A stretch of 64,000 nt of DNA, taken from a bacterium. GTDB lineage: Bacteria > Bacteroidota > Ignavibacteria > Palsa-1295. Below are positions 1 to 9,136 of this stretch, piece after piece (the stretch's first letter is position 1; each line of letters starts with the position of its first letter). The translations under genes were made by a program, and so were the position numbers. Under the pieces are notes generated by a model. That model did not search any database. It saw only the letters and a list, made by a program, of their open reading frames with translations, and had not been told where the DNA came from. The stretch spans positions 13,494 through 77,493 of the forward strand of contig JBAWZA010000011.1 of the NCBI GenBank assembly GCA_037143335.1, read 5' to 3'.

Positions 1-153
1 AGATTACCAGGCGTAGGTAAAGTCACCGCCGAACGCATCCTAACCTACCGCACCAAGCGCGGCAGCTTCCGAAATATCCGCGAAGTCATGAACGTCCAAG
101 GCATCGGCGAAAAGAAATTCAAGCAGATTGAGGCGTATTTGAGGTTGAATTAA
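1..153 (+). CDS. 3' end of a ComEA-like helix-hairpin-helix DNA-binding protein (partial, runs off the window start)
   Basis: Frame-1 translation RLPGVGKVTAERILTYRTKRGSFRNIREVMNVQGIGEKKFKQIEAYLRLN*, stop at 151-153. It has the tandem HhH GIG motifs typical of ComEA C-termini. Confidence 0.55.
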   Translation, partial: RLPGVGKVTAERILTYRTKRGSFRNIREVMNVQGIGEKKFKQIEAYLRLN

Positions 154-233
154 TGCTGAACTACAATTAATTTAGTGACTTTCACTTCCTCAGTAAAGAG
201 GTGAATTTAGGGGGAATTGGTTTGTAACTATCG

Positions 234-2255
234 GTGGTCGAAAGCGTTTTACTGCTGATGAAAATATTTTTAATCACTCTAACTTTAGTGGCAACAATTC
301 AGGGAATGGTGTTGAGCCAAACACGTTCTCAGCCAGGCGATGGAAGGGATTTTATTATTGGGGGGTTTCTGAATGTACCTCATGAGAATCTAGATAGTAC
401 ATACATAAAAAATAACGGTGCATCCGTTCTCGTATCATCATATTACGACAACGACGTGACTCTTTCTTATTTCGATAAAACCACCGGGTCTGAGGTAATA
501 CAAAAATCATACCATCTTCCTGCTCACAATGGCCTTCGGATTCCGCTTGATCTTCCGCACCTCAGCATTCCTACCAAAGGTGATTCTGCAGAATTTGCAA
601 CGTATCATCTTACAGGAAAAAAGACGATGAGTGTGATTTTCTATTCGAACGGGCCTAATTCAGGCGGAAGTTATCTTGCAATCCAAACTCCGGAATGGGG
701 AAAAAGATATGTAGCGGCAAGTTATCCAGATTACAGCGACCTTCACGATACGAATCGTGGATTTTTTCTGGTTGTTGCGCAAAGTGATTCAACAGTGGTC
801 ATGATTAACCCTTCCGTTAATACAGCGGGCGGACACCAGGCGAATGTGCCTTACATAGTTAAACTTTCAAGAGGACAATCCTATCTTGTGAAATCGGCCG
901 GATATGTTAGTACGTCAGATATTTCTGGGTCAATCATTCAAGCAATTAAATCTGTTGCGGTAATCTCAGGACATGAACATTCCGAGAACAATGGCAGAAA
1001 GGTGTCAATGCAGCAGCTTCTACCAGAGAATTTTCTTGATACAACGGGATATGTTGCTATCCCTTTCTCCGATTCAGCTTCAGCCAATTGCCGAGTATAT
1101 GCTACTTCAAATTTGAGTGTCCGAAATTTTGGCACCTGTACGGATAGTAATCGTTATCTAACGCCTACGAATGCTGAAGTCGAAAACCTAGAGTGTCCTG
1201 TTGCCTTTGAAGCACAAAGTGGTTCACGATTCGGTGCTTTAATCTATGACCAAACGATGGGTTCAATGATGAATCTCATCCCACGCAGGCTCTGGAGAAA
1301 TTCGTATATCTGGCAAGTTCCATTCGATAGTTCTTCAGTTCTTCAAAATGACTATATAACTGTAATCGCTGACCGTGCGGACTTCGACAGTAATAAAGTG
1401 TTTGCTTCAGTAAACGGCGGGACACTTCTGGCGATTCAAAATGTCATCAGTCTGGAAAAAATTTTTAGTGATATTCCTCACCACCCTACTCTCAAAGCAG
1501 CGAGGTACAAATTAGGGGGAGGAAGTTACTATGCTACTGCGATTCACCCGCTGATGGTTTATAGCTATGGGACACATGCCGTTAGTATTGATTCAGCTAT
1601 GAGTTACTATTCATATTCCTCGCCTGCAGGATTTGCCATAGCTCCGATACAAACGAAAATTGGTGTGGGTGTTGATACACTGCCTACGGGATGGAGAGTA
1701 TGCGCACATGACTCCACGTTTGGTTTAGAAGGCTATGGGATAAAGGGCGTGGTGTTGATGGATGATCAAGGTGATTGTTATGGTAAATGTCCCGTTTTCC
1801 GAAATTGCCACTTGGATGGCGACACAAGCTACACTAACGAGATTGTTTATTCTCCGCCTGATACTGATGTCTGCTTTAATGTCTCTGTGCTTAACGTTAA
1901 TGATTCAGCGTATGCGCCACTTTACATTTATGATAGCATGGGGAATGCAACCATGATAGAACTTCATTACTATCCTCCCACGAACGGAGTAGCCACTCAA
2001 ACAACTCGGTTAACTTTCACTCTTTCGCCAAACCCTGTTAGATTGAACTCGCTCATGCTTACATTTGAGCCGACGGCGGAAAGAAAGCGCATTTTAATAT
2101 TTGACTTACTTGGCAAGCAAGTATTTTCGGCATCAATACCCGGTGAGCTCTTTTCATTCAGACTTTCAACCGACCAGCTAAGCACTGGCACTTATTATTT
2201 AAGACTTGAATCAGGACATTTGCGGTCAACTCAAAAATTCGAAATTGTGCACTGA
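234..2255 (+). CDS. Secreted protein with N-terminal signal peptide and T9SS (Por) C-terminal sorting domain; function unknown
   Basis: 673 aa ORF with a hydrophobic N-terminus (LLLMKIFLITLTLVATIQG). The C-terminal ~80 aa (LTFTLSPNPVRL...YYLRLESGHLRSTQKFEIVH) match a Por secretion tail pattern. Confidence 0.6.
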   Translation: MVESVLLLMKIFLITLTLVATIQGMVLSQTRSQPGDGRDFIIGGFLNVPHENLDSTYIKNNGASVLVSSYYDNDVTLSYFDKTTGSEVIQKSYHLPAHNGLRIPLDLPHLSIPTKGDSAEFATYHLTGKKTMSVIFYSNGPNSGGSYLAIQTPEWGKRYVAASYPDYSDLHDTNRGFFLVVAQSDSTVVMINPSVNTAGGHQANVPYIVKLSRGQSYLVKSAGYVSTSDISGSIIQAIKSVAVISGHEHSENNGRKVSMQQLLPENFLDTTGYVAIPFSDSASANCRVYATSNLSVRNFGTCTDSNRYLTPTNAEVENLECPVAFEAQSGSRFGALIYDQTMGSMMNLIPRRLWRNSYIWQVPFDSSSVLQNDYITVIADRADFDSNKVFASVNGGTLLAIQNVISLEKIFSDIPHHPTLKAARYKLGGGSYYATAIHPLMVYSYGTHAVSIDSAMSYYSYSSPAGFAIAPIQTKIGVGVDTLPTGWRVCAHDSTFGLEGYGIKGVVLMDDQGDCYGKCPVFRNCHLDGDTSYTNEIVYSPPDTDVCFNVSVLNVNDSAYAPLYIYDSMGNATMIELHYYPPTNGVATQTTRLTFTLSPNPVRLNSLMLTFEPTAERKRILIFDLLGKQVFSASIPGELFSFRLSTDQLSTGTYYLRLESGHLRSTQKFEIVH

Positions 2256-2260
2256 TCAGT

Positions 2261-2839
2261 ATGCGCATAATTGCTGGAAAATATAAGAGTCGTAGCTTAC
2301 TTGCGCCGAAGGGGGATACGACTCGACCGACATCCGATCGTGCGAGGGAGTCGCTTTTTAATGTGCTACAAAATTGGATTGATTTTGATGGGATAAATGT
2401 GCTTGATCTTTTTGCAGGTTCGGGAGCTTTTGCATTTGAGGCACTAAGTCGTGGTTCAAATTCCGTAACGCTCGTCGAGCAGAATCGGAAAGTCATTGAG
2501 ACCATCAACGCGAATGCCAAAATTTTGGAAGTTGGCTCTGATCTCCAAGTAATCCAAAAAGATGTGTACGTGTGGCTAGCCCAACGAGCCAATCCCATTT
2601 CCCCAACTTCGGAATATAATCTCATCTTCGCCGATCCTCCCTACGACGACCCTCGTACCCTCACGGATTTGCCTAAAACCCTGTTTTCGGGACGGCTCTT
2701 AACGTCCGATTCTATTGTTATAATCGAACATCGTAAAGGCTCACAGGTTGGAATCCCTGATAATGCTTTGTGTATCAAAGAGTTACAGGCTGGAGAAGCG
2801 ATGTTTACGATTATGAGATCTCGTGGGACGGACTCTTAG
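2261..2839 (+). CDS. rsmD: 16S rRNA (guanine966-N2)-methyltransferase RsmD
   Basis: 192 aa. Motifs VLDLFAGSGAFAFEALSRGS and the C-terminal IFADPPY are characteristic of RsmD-family SAM-dependent N6/N2 methylases. The gene sits immediately upstream of coaD, the usual arrangement. Confidence 0.85.
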   Translation: MRIIAGKYKSRSLLAPKGDTTRPTSDRARESLFNVLQNWIDFDGINVLDLFAGSGAFAFEALSRGSNSVTLVEQNRKVIETINANAKILEVGSDLQVIQKDVYVWLAQRANPISPTSEYNLIFADPPYDDPRTLTDLPKTLFSGRLLTSDSIVIIEHRKGSQVGIPDNALCIKELQAGEAMFTIMRSRGTDS

Positions 2840-2874
2840 TCCGTCCGTACAAGTCTCGCGGACTATGAGTCCGC
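2825..2874. repeat. Two tandem hairpins (GGGACGGAC-TCTTA-GTCCGTCC and GCGGACT-ATG-AGTCCGC) between rsmD and coaD; member of the 'GGGACGG-N-CTCTTAG' palindromic repeat family (family C)
   Basis: Perfect inverted repeats read directly from the sequence. The rsmD TAG stop (2837-2839) overlaps the first hairpin loop/stem junction. A near-identical hairpin lies at 51297-51319. Confidence 0.5.
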
Positions 2875-2889
2875 GCTACTAACTATTGT

Positions 2890-3381
2890 ATGCGTAAAGC
2901 GATATATCCCGGAACATTCGATCCGATCACGAATGGGCATCTTGATGTCATTGGGCGGGCGGCTACACTTTTTGATGAAGTGGTAGTTGCGCTTGCACGC
3001 AATAGCTCGAAGTCGCCGCTTTTCACGGAAGAAGAACGAATGACACTCTGTGCTGACGCAATCAAGGAGTCGTTGCCGAAATGCAAAAATATCCAGGTTG
3101 ATTCGTTTGATGGCTTACTCGTAGAATATGCTAAAAAACAAAAAGCTGTTGCAATCGTACGAGGGCTTCGGGTGCTAAGTGATTTTGAGTATGAATTCCA
3201 GATGGCGCTCATGAATCGGAAGCTCGAAGATATTTCGACAGTTTTCTTGATGCCGAATGAAAAATATACGTATCTGAATTCAACTATTATTAGAGAACTT
3301 GCACACTACGATACAGATATCTCAGATTTTGTACCGAAGTGCGTTGCAAAGAAATTGAAAAAGCAATTTTCGAAAAAATAA
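2890..3381 (+). CDS. coaD: Phosphopantetheine adenylyltransferase
   Basis: 163 aa. The N-terminal AIYPGTFDPITNGHLDVIGRA carries the T/HxGH nucleotidyltransferase motif of CoaD. Confidence 0.9.
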   Translation: MRKAIYPGTFDPITNGHLDVIGRAATLFDEVVVALARNSSKSPLFTEEERMTLCADAIKESLPKCKNIQVDSFDGLLVEYAKKQKAVAIVRGLRVLSDFEYEFQMALMNRKLEDISTVFLMPNEKYTYLNSTIIRELAHYDTDISDFVPKCVAKKLKKQFSKK

Positions 3382-4595
3382 TGATCTTGACTGACATCGA
3401 ACATCGCCTCACATCCCGTATGGATCACTGTGAGGAAGCGGCAACCCTAAAGATCGCAGCGCGCGCGATCGAGCTCCGAAAATCGGGGAAGAAAATTGTA
3501 AGCCTCTCAACTGGCGAACCTGATTTTCCAACCCCTGCGAATATCAAAGAGGCAGCCATACGTGCGATCAATGAAAATTTTACGAAGTACACCGCCGCAG
3601 AGGGTATGCCCGAACTTCGTGCAGTTGTTGCAGAGAAATTTAAGAACGATGATGGCATTGATTCATCTGCCGACCGAGTCCTGATTTCAAGTGGAGGAAA
3701 ACATGCTCTGAGCAATGCGCTCTTTGTGCTCGCTCAGAAAGGCGATGAAATAATTATCCCATCTCCATTTTGGCTCAGTTACTCAGCGATGACAGGACTG
3801 ACGGAAGCTTCGCCAGTACTTATCGAGACGCAACAGGAAGATGATTGGCTTGTTACACCTGATCGCTTAGCAGATGCAATCACTCCACGGTCTCGCGTAT
3901 TACTTTTAAACACACCACACAATCCGACAAGTACAATCTACACCGAAGATCAGCTTCGCGCCCTTGTTCCAATCATCGAAGAGCACGGACTCATCTGCGT
4001 CGTAGATGAGCTCTACGAAAAGTTAACGTATGACGGCAGAAAGCATTTTTCTCTTGGTTCTATTCCTGAGATTGCCGATCAAGTAGTCACCGTAAACGGC
4101 TTGAGCAAAGCATACTCGATGACGGGATGGAGATTGGGATACGCGACCGGTCCGAAGTGGATCATCGAAGCAATGGGTAGATTGCAATCGCAAGCAGTCT
4201 CGCATCCAAGTTCGATTTCGCAGAAAGCTGCTATCGAAGCATTGACTGGTCCACAGGAGAGCATCGAAGTGATGCGTCAAGAATTTCAGAATCGCCGCGA
4301 CCTTGTTGTCTCACTTCTAAAAGAAGTGCCGGAAATTACTTTCAGCTATCCGATGGCAGCATTCTACGTGTTCTTCAATATTAGCGCCTATATCGGCAAG
4401 AAATTGCCAAATGGAAAAATTATTTCCGGTGGGGAAGATATTTGTCAAATGCTTCTTGAAGATCACGGACTTGCACTCGTACCGGGTGGTGCGTTCGGAA
4501 AGAACGATGCTATCCGACTTTCTTTCGCAGCGTCGCAAGCAGACATTCGCAGCGGTATTGAGATATTGAATTCAGGCCTTCGTTCGATCTCTTGA
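3381..4595 (+). CDS. PLP-dependent aminotransferase, class I/II (aspartate/aromatic aminotransferase-like)
   Basis: The track ORF starts at 3339, but the ATG at 3381 (MILTDIEHRL) overlaps the coaD stop as TAATG. Class I aminotransferase motifs are present, including the PLP-lysine region NGLSKAYSMTGWRLGY. Confidence 0.8.
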   Translation: MILTDIEHRLTSRMDHCEEAATLKIAARAIELRKSGKKIVSLSTGEPDFPTPANIKEAAIRAINENFTKYTAAEGMPELRAVVAEKFKNDDGIDSSADRVLISSGGKHALSNALFVLAQKGDEIIIPSPFWLSYSAMTGLTEASPVLIETQQEDDWLVTPDRLADAITPRSRVLLLNTPHNPTSTIYTEDQLRALVPIIEEHGLICVVDELYEKLTYDGRKHFSLGSIPEIADQVVTVNGLSKAYSMTGWRLGYATGPKWIIEAMGRLQSQAVSHPSSISQKAAIEALTGPQESIEVMRQEFQNRRDLVVSLLKEVPEITFSYPMAAFYVFFNISAYIGKKLPNGKIISGGEDICQMLLEDHGLALVPGGAFGKNDAIRLSFAASQADIRSGIEILNSGLRSIS

Positions 4596-5596
4596 TGAAA
4601 AAAGTATATCTCGAAAAGTTGGGTGATGCGTTTTCCGGCGTACGTATTGCTGTGATTGGCGATCTGATGTTGGATAGGTATCTTTTCGGGACGGTCTCTC
4701 GTCTCTCGCCAGAAGCGCCTGTTCCAATTCTGGATATTCATCGTGATGAGTGGCGATTAGGTGGAGCGGCGAATGTCGCAAATAATATTCACACACTCGG
4801 GGCGACAGCGTTGCTTATCGGAGTAGTAGGTGATGATTCCAAAGGCAAACGCGTCCGGCAGATGGTAGAGGAGATCGGGCTTTCGTCCGATGGTATTATT
4901 TCAGATACTGACCGCCCGACCACGATCAAAACGCGTGTGCTTGCATCCAATCAGCAAATGCTCCGTGTAGATCACGAGCAGAAGCATGATCTCTCCGACG
5001 AAATTGAAAATTCAGTCTTTACCTATCTCGAAGCGCAAGCTGATTCGCTTGATGGAATAATTCTTGAAGATTACAATAAAGGTGTTCTCTCGCCGAAATT
5101 GATCGGACGGATTATTTCTTTGGCAAAAGAAAAGTCGTTGCCAGTTTTTGTTGATCCTAAACATCATAATTTTTTCGCGTATCAAAATGCGACCGTCTTC
5201 AAACCCAATCGCAAAGAGATGGAAGATGCACTTGGAGTGAAGTGCGATACCGATAAGAAATTACACAAAGCAGGTTTTGATCTTCTCGCAAAACTTGATG
5301 CCGAAAATATTCTCCTGACTCTCAGCGAAAAGGGCATGTTGCTTTTCGAGCGAGGAGAGAGTGAACCTTTCGCTATTCCAACCACAGCGCAACAAGTTGC
5401 TGACGTCTCAGGCGCCGGCGATACGGTCATAGCCACACTTGCCGTCGCCAAAGCCTGTGGCGCATCTGTCCGCGAAGCCGCTATCATGGCAAACCGTGCC
5501 GCCGGCATTGTGATCGAAGAACTTGGTATCGTCCCGATCTATCGCGAGCAGCTGATTGATGCGCTGGTTGGGGATGTGGCAACCACAAATTCGTAG
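4592..5596 (+). CDS. Ribokinase/PfkB-family carbohydrate kinase, RfaE domain I-like (D-glycero-beta-D-manno-heptose-7-phosphate kinase candidate)
   Basis: 334 aa; ATGA overlap with the upstream stop. The N-terminal VRIAVIGDLMLDRYLFG and the C-terminal DVSGAGDTV anion-hole motif are typical of the PfkB family and of the HldE/RfaE kinase domain. Confidence 0.65.
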   Translation: MMKKVYLEKLGDAFSGVRIAVIGDLMLDRYLFGTVSRLSPEAPVPILDIHRDEWRLGGAANVANNIHTLGATALLIGVVGDDSKGKRVRQMVEEIGLSSDGIISDTDRPTTIKTRVLASNQQMLRVDHEQKHDLSDEIENSVFTYLEAQADSLDGIILEDYNKGVLSPKLIGRIISLAKEKSLPVFVDPKHHNFFAYQNATVFKPNRKEMEDALGVKCDTDKKLHKAGFDLLAKLDAENILLTLSEKGMLLFERGESEPFAIPTTAQQVADVSGAGDTVIATLAVAKACGASVREAAIMANRAAGIVIEELGIVPIYREQLIDALVGDVATTNS

Positions 5597-5608
5597 CTAC
5601 TAGTCTCT

Positions 5609-5694
5609 GTCATTTCGAACGCAGTGAGAAATCGTTAATCGAATATATTTCAGGAATAACGATTTCTCTGTCGTCACGGCGACCTCGAAATGAC
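5609..5694. repeat. Palindromic intergenic repeat, family A copy 1 (GTCATTTCGA...GAGAAATCGTTA-loop-TAACGATTTCTC...TCGAAATGAC)
   Basis: ~86 bp nested inverted repeat between convergent genes (heptose kinase end 5596, nadC end 5716). Copies with >85% identity in the stems occur at 40235-40319 and 42679-42757. Confidence 0.65.
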
Positions 5695-5715
5695 GTAATG
5701 TTGATGAAGCGGTAA

Positions 5716-6579
5716 TTACTCCACCTCCAATGATATATCCAACCCTGTAACAGAGTGTGTTAGTGCGCCGACGGAGATGTAATCGACCCCTGTTTCGGCG
5801 ATGGCGCGGACTGTGGTGAGGTTCACACCACCGGAGGCTTCGGTCTCGAATGCTCTGGCATTTACTTTGACGGCTTCGTGAAGATCTGCGACCAAGAAAT
5901 TATCAAGGAGGACTCGGTTCACGAGTCGGCGTCCGTGTTCAAGAACTATTTGCAATTGATGGGTTGAAGTTACTTCGATCTCAACGGGAATGAGCGGATG
6001 AGTTTTGAAATAGCTTCGTAATTTTTCTAAGACGGCAATAATATCACCACCATTTGCGGCGATGTGATTATCTTTGACAAGAATCATTTCGGCGAGCGAG
6101 TAGCGATGATTCTTTCCGCCTCCAGAGAGCACTGCTTGCCGATCAAACGGACGCAGTAGCGGAGCCGTCTTACGTGTATCTAAAATTTTTGCATTCGTAC
6201 CGCTAACTGCACGAACGTATTTATTCGTCAGTGTGGCAATGCCGCTCATACGTTGCAGAAGATTCAATGCAACTCGCTCGGCGGTGAGAATAATATCAAG
6301 CGGTGCATGAACTTCGGCAATGCGATCTCCATGTTTGACAGCCGAGCCGTCGCGAACGAGATGCTGTGTTATGATTTTACTTTCACGATTTGAACGCGTA
6401 GCATAAATAGAAAATACTTCCGTTGCAATGTCAATGCCGGATAGTATCCCTTGAGCTTTTGCGAGGAAATACGCGCGCCCCATTTCATTGCGGTCAACGG
6501 TAGCAAGTGTTGTGGCATCGCGACCAGTGCTATCCTCGGCAAGAGCTTGAATGATGAGTTGACGCTGAATATCTGTCAT
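5716..6579 (-). CDS. nadC: Nicotinate-nucleotide pyrophosphorylase (quinolinate phosphoribosyltransferase)
   Basis: 287 aa. Conserved QPRTase regions are present (LDTRKTAPLLR, ILVKDNHI, LDNF) and the overall length is right. Confidence 0.88.
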   Translation of the reverse strand: MTDIQRQLIIQALAEDSTGRDATTLATVDRNEMGRAYFLAKAQGILSGIDIATEVFSIYATRSNRESKIITQHLVRDGSAVKHGDRIAEVHAPLDIILTAERVALNLLQRMSGIATLTNKYVRAVSGTNAKILDTRKTAPLLRPFDRQAVLSGGGKNHRYSLAEMILVKDNHIAANGGDIIAVLEKLRSYFKTHPLIPVEIEVTSTHQLQIVLEHGRRLVNRVLLDNFLVADLHEAVKVNARAFETEASGGVNLTTVRAIAETGVDYISVGALTHSVTGLDISLEVE

Positions 6580-6594
6580 GCGAATATTACTAAT

Positions 6595-7362
6595 TTATTT
6601 TCCATCTTTCATCAACTGGGCAATCCCTACGATGAGCAAGTGCGGTGCGATGTGAGTGATAGATTTCGTCCTATTGTCAAAGATATGAGCTAAACCACCT
6701 GTTGCAATGACGATTGGTGCTTCGGCATCGAATGCTTCAGTTTGAATTTTCGCAACAATCCCATCAATCATCGCAACAGCTCCGAAGAGAATTCCAGATT
6801 GAATGCTCTCGACGGTTGATCTTCCGATGAGGTGAGGGGGAAATTGTAGTTCAACCTCGGGCAATAACGATGTCGTACTTGCTAATGCTTTCGCTGTAGA
6901 TGCAATTCCGAGAGTAATCATTCCACCGAGATACTCACCTTTTTTGCTAACGAAATCAATCGTCGTAGCGGTGCCGAAGCTAATGACGATGACGGGTTTT
7001 TTTGCACTCTTGCCCCAACGATGATACGCGGAGTATGCGCCAAGTAATCTATCAATTCCGATTTGCGATGGCTCGTAGTGATTTTTGATAAACGGTGTAT
7101 CGGCATTTCCGACAATTTTCACTTTTGCATTCGGATGAATTTCTTGCACCATCTTCACAAGTACTTGATTTGCCTCGGGCACAACGGATGCGATCCCAAT
7201 CTGTTTTACATCACCCAGCGCTCCGAGCTTTGTGGACAAATCATCACAGCTCTCGCTGAGCAACGACTTTGTTGGATAGTGAAATAACATCTCGAAAGCT
7301 TCAGACTCCTTGAAGAGTCCGAACTTCGTCTGCGTATTTCCAATATCAATTGCAAGTAGCAT
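6595..7362 (-). CDS. coaX: Type III pantothenate kinase
   Basis: Likely start MLLAIDIGNTQTKFG at 7362 (the track ORF extends to 7422). The GNT phosphate-1 motif and GIDR motif of CoaX are present. The start overlaps the birA stop as TAATG. Confidence 0.85.
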   Translation of the reverse strand: MLLAIDIGNTQTKFGLFKESEAFEMLFHYPTKSLLSESCDDLSTKLGALGDVKQIGIASVVPEANQVLVKMVQEIHPNAKVKIVGNADTPFIKNHYEPSQIGIDRLLGAYSAYHRWGKSAKKPVIVISFGTATTIDFVSKKGEYLGGMITLGIASTAKALASTTSLLPEVELQFPPHLIGRSTVESIQSGILFGAVAMIDGIVAKIQTEAFDAEAPIVIATGGLAHIFDNRTKSITHIAPHLLIVGIAQLMKDGK

Positions 7363-8126
7363 TATGGTAGAATAAGTGTAGCATTCTGAAATCGCACGAT
7401 TGCTCCCTCGCTCATCACACATCGAAGCGTACCGTCATCATCAATGCCATCGTAACGTAGGCCGTCGTGTAGCATGGAGTCAGCGTCCCGAACTGCAAAG
7501 GTCCCGATCGTGCGCATCCACTCCAATGCAGGTCTGACAAATTCGATGATGTCTGCGCCAGCCTCGAATAGCTCGAACATTAACGCAAGCGAATAAAGCA
7601 ATTCTTCCTCGATTTGTCGCAGATCGAATTTTCTTTTGGCAACATTCGCGAATGAGGATGCTCTGTCCACTATTTCGGGTGGAAATAATTCTTGATTGAT
7701 ATTTACTCCAATACCAATCACAACGCCTTTCCATGTATCGCCAGACCAAATAGATTCGGTCAGAATCCCAGAAACTTTTTTATTATCAACGAGCACATCA
7801 TTAATCCATTTGAGTTGAACGTTGACTTCTTCATCGTTCAGTACTTCAATGAGCCATGTGTTAACGAATTGATAGACAAGAAATGCCGCAACAAATTGCA
7901 TCTGCTCACGATATTTCTCTGGCACCTTGGTGAGTATCACACTCATCAACAAATTCGCTCTGGGTTCGTCATGCCAAATGCGATCGGCAAATCTTCCTCT
8001 GCCCTCACTTTGGTGCGAGGCAATTACGACATCGCCGTGTTTTGCTTTACCCGAGTGGAGTAGATTCTTCGCATAGGTTTGCGTAGATGGCAGTTCATCA
8101 AATCGAATCGGTTTCCACATCAGCAA
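7362..8126 (-). CDS. birA: Biotin--[acetyl-CoA-carboxylase] ligase (group I, no N-terminal HTH)
   Basis: 254 aa. The GRGRRGR-like motif (QSEGRGRFADRIW) and the C-terminal BirA_C domain are present. Adjacency to coaX resembles the Baf arrangement. Confidence 0.85.
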   Translation of the reverse strand: MLMWKPIRFDELPSTQTYAKNLLHSGKAKHGDVVIASHQSEGRGRFADRIWHDEPRANLLMSVILTKVPEKYREQMQFVAAFLVYQFVNTWLIEVLNDEEVNVQLKWINDVLVDNKKVSGILTESIWSGDTWKGVVIGIGVNINQELFPPEIVDRASSFANVAKRKFDLRQIEEELLYSLALMFELFEAGADIIEFVRPALEWMRTIGTFAVRDADSMLHDGLRYDGIDDDGTLRCVMSEGAIVRFQNATLILP

Positions 8127-9121
8127 AGAATTCGCTTTTTCAAACGCAATAAATAATGAATCACCGGAATCGCAGAATAAAAGGCAAGTAGAGCGACAAG
8201 TGTTCCGGCAATGACATCAATGAAATAATGGTAGCGCAGATAAACGGTCGAAAAAATAAGTCCACTGCCGATAAAGAGCACAACCCAGCGCGTCCGTGCT
8301 CGGAATTTGAAACCAAGAAAAATTGAAAGCAGCGTAATCTCGGTATGACCGCTCGGGAAAACATCACGCGTCACCACCCGTGCGGCTTCGAAGTTCGACA
8401 TACCCGCTTGGATATTCTCGCCCAAGTTTATCAGCCATCGCAGCGGTTCGGTCAGGAGTATGCCGGGCAATTCAGAGGAGATATTCCAAAACGTATGCAG
8501 AGTAAATCGAGGACCGATTCCAGGTAGCGCAAAGTAGCCGAGGTAGGAGAGAAGCAAACCATAGACGATGGTAAATCGCAGTACTTCGAGTTCGTCCGTG
8601 TTATGATCAATCCGATGTTCGCGCTTGCGACGCATAAAAAATTCTACTGCCAAGATCACTGGCAGCAAATAATACATCACGTAACAAATTTGCAAGAACT
8701 CCACAAAAAATGGCATGACTGGAACATGCTGGTAGAGCCACACGGTAGGATTTATTCCGCCGAGAAGAAAATGATCTATGGTAATTAACCATTGATCATA
8801 GTCTCTGCCATGAATAGCGAACGAAAGTTTTTCTACGGTCTTAAAAACAAGAATGACGACAAGCAAGACGTAAAATACGTGAATGGCGCGAATAAACTTC
8901 GAGTCCGATTTTGCGCGAAGGTAGTTGATAATGACCGTAGCACTTAGGAGGATAAACGAATTTATCAAAATGCCTGGCACATCAACGAATGCATGGAAAA
9001 ATGTTGTCAAGATCAGCATTAGGATAATAAAGACGAAGGTCACCATCTCCGTTGGAGAGATGACTCGGATTATTTCCTGAAAAAATCCAGCCGACCGCTT
9101 CTGCTCAGTACGCGTATTCAC
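8120..9121 (-). CDS. Integral membrane PAP2-superfamily phosphatase-like protein
   Basis: 333 aa with multiple hydrophobic helices. The PAP2 signature pieces PSGHT and SRxxxxxHxxxD-like (YLRYHYFIDVIAG) are near the C-terminus. Confidence 0.6.
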   Translation of the reverse strand: MNTRTEQKRSAGFFQEIIRVISPTEMVTFVFIILMLILTTFFHAFVDVPGILINSFILLSATVIINYLRAKSDSKFIRAIHVFYVLLVVILVFKTVEKLSFAIHGRDYDQWLITIDHFLLGGINPTVWLYQHVPVMPFFVEFLQICYVMYYLLPVILAVEFFMRRKREHRIDHNTDELEVLRFTIVYGLLLSYLGYFALPGIGPRFTLHTFWNISSELPGILLTEPLRWLINLGENIQAGMSNFEAARVVTRDVFPSGHTEITLLSIFLGFKFRARTRWVVLFIGSGLIFSTVYLRYHYFIDVIAGTLVALLAFYSAIPVIHYLLRLKKRILC

Positions 9122-9136
9122 AACTCAATAATAATT

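Noticed and set aside
3339-3380. Longer N-terminal extension of the aminotransferase (track ORF start at 3339) overlapping coaD by 43 nt
   Set aside because: The ATG at 3381 gives a TAATG coupling with the coaD stop and a typical aminotransferase N-terminus. The upstream extension is unconserved-looking and lies in the coaD frame overlap.
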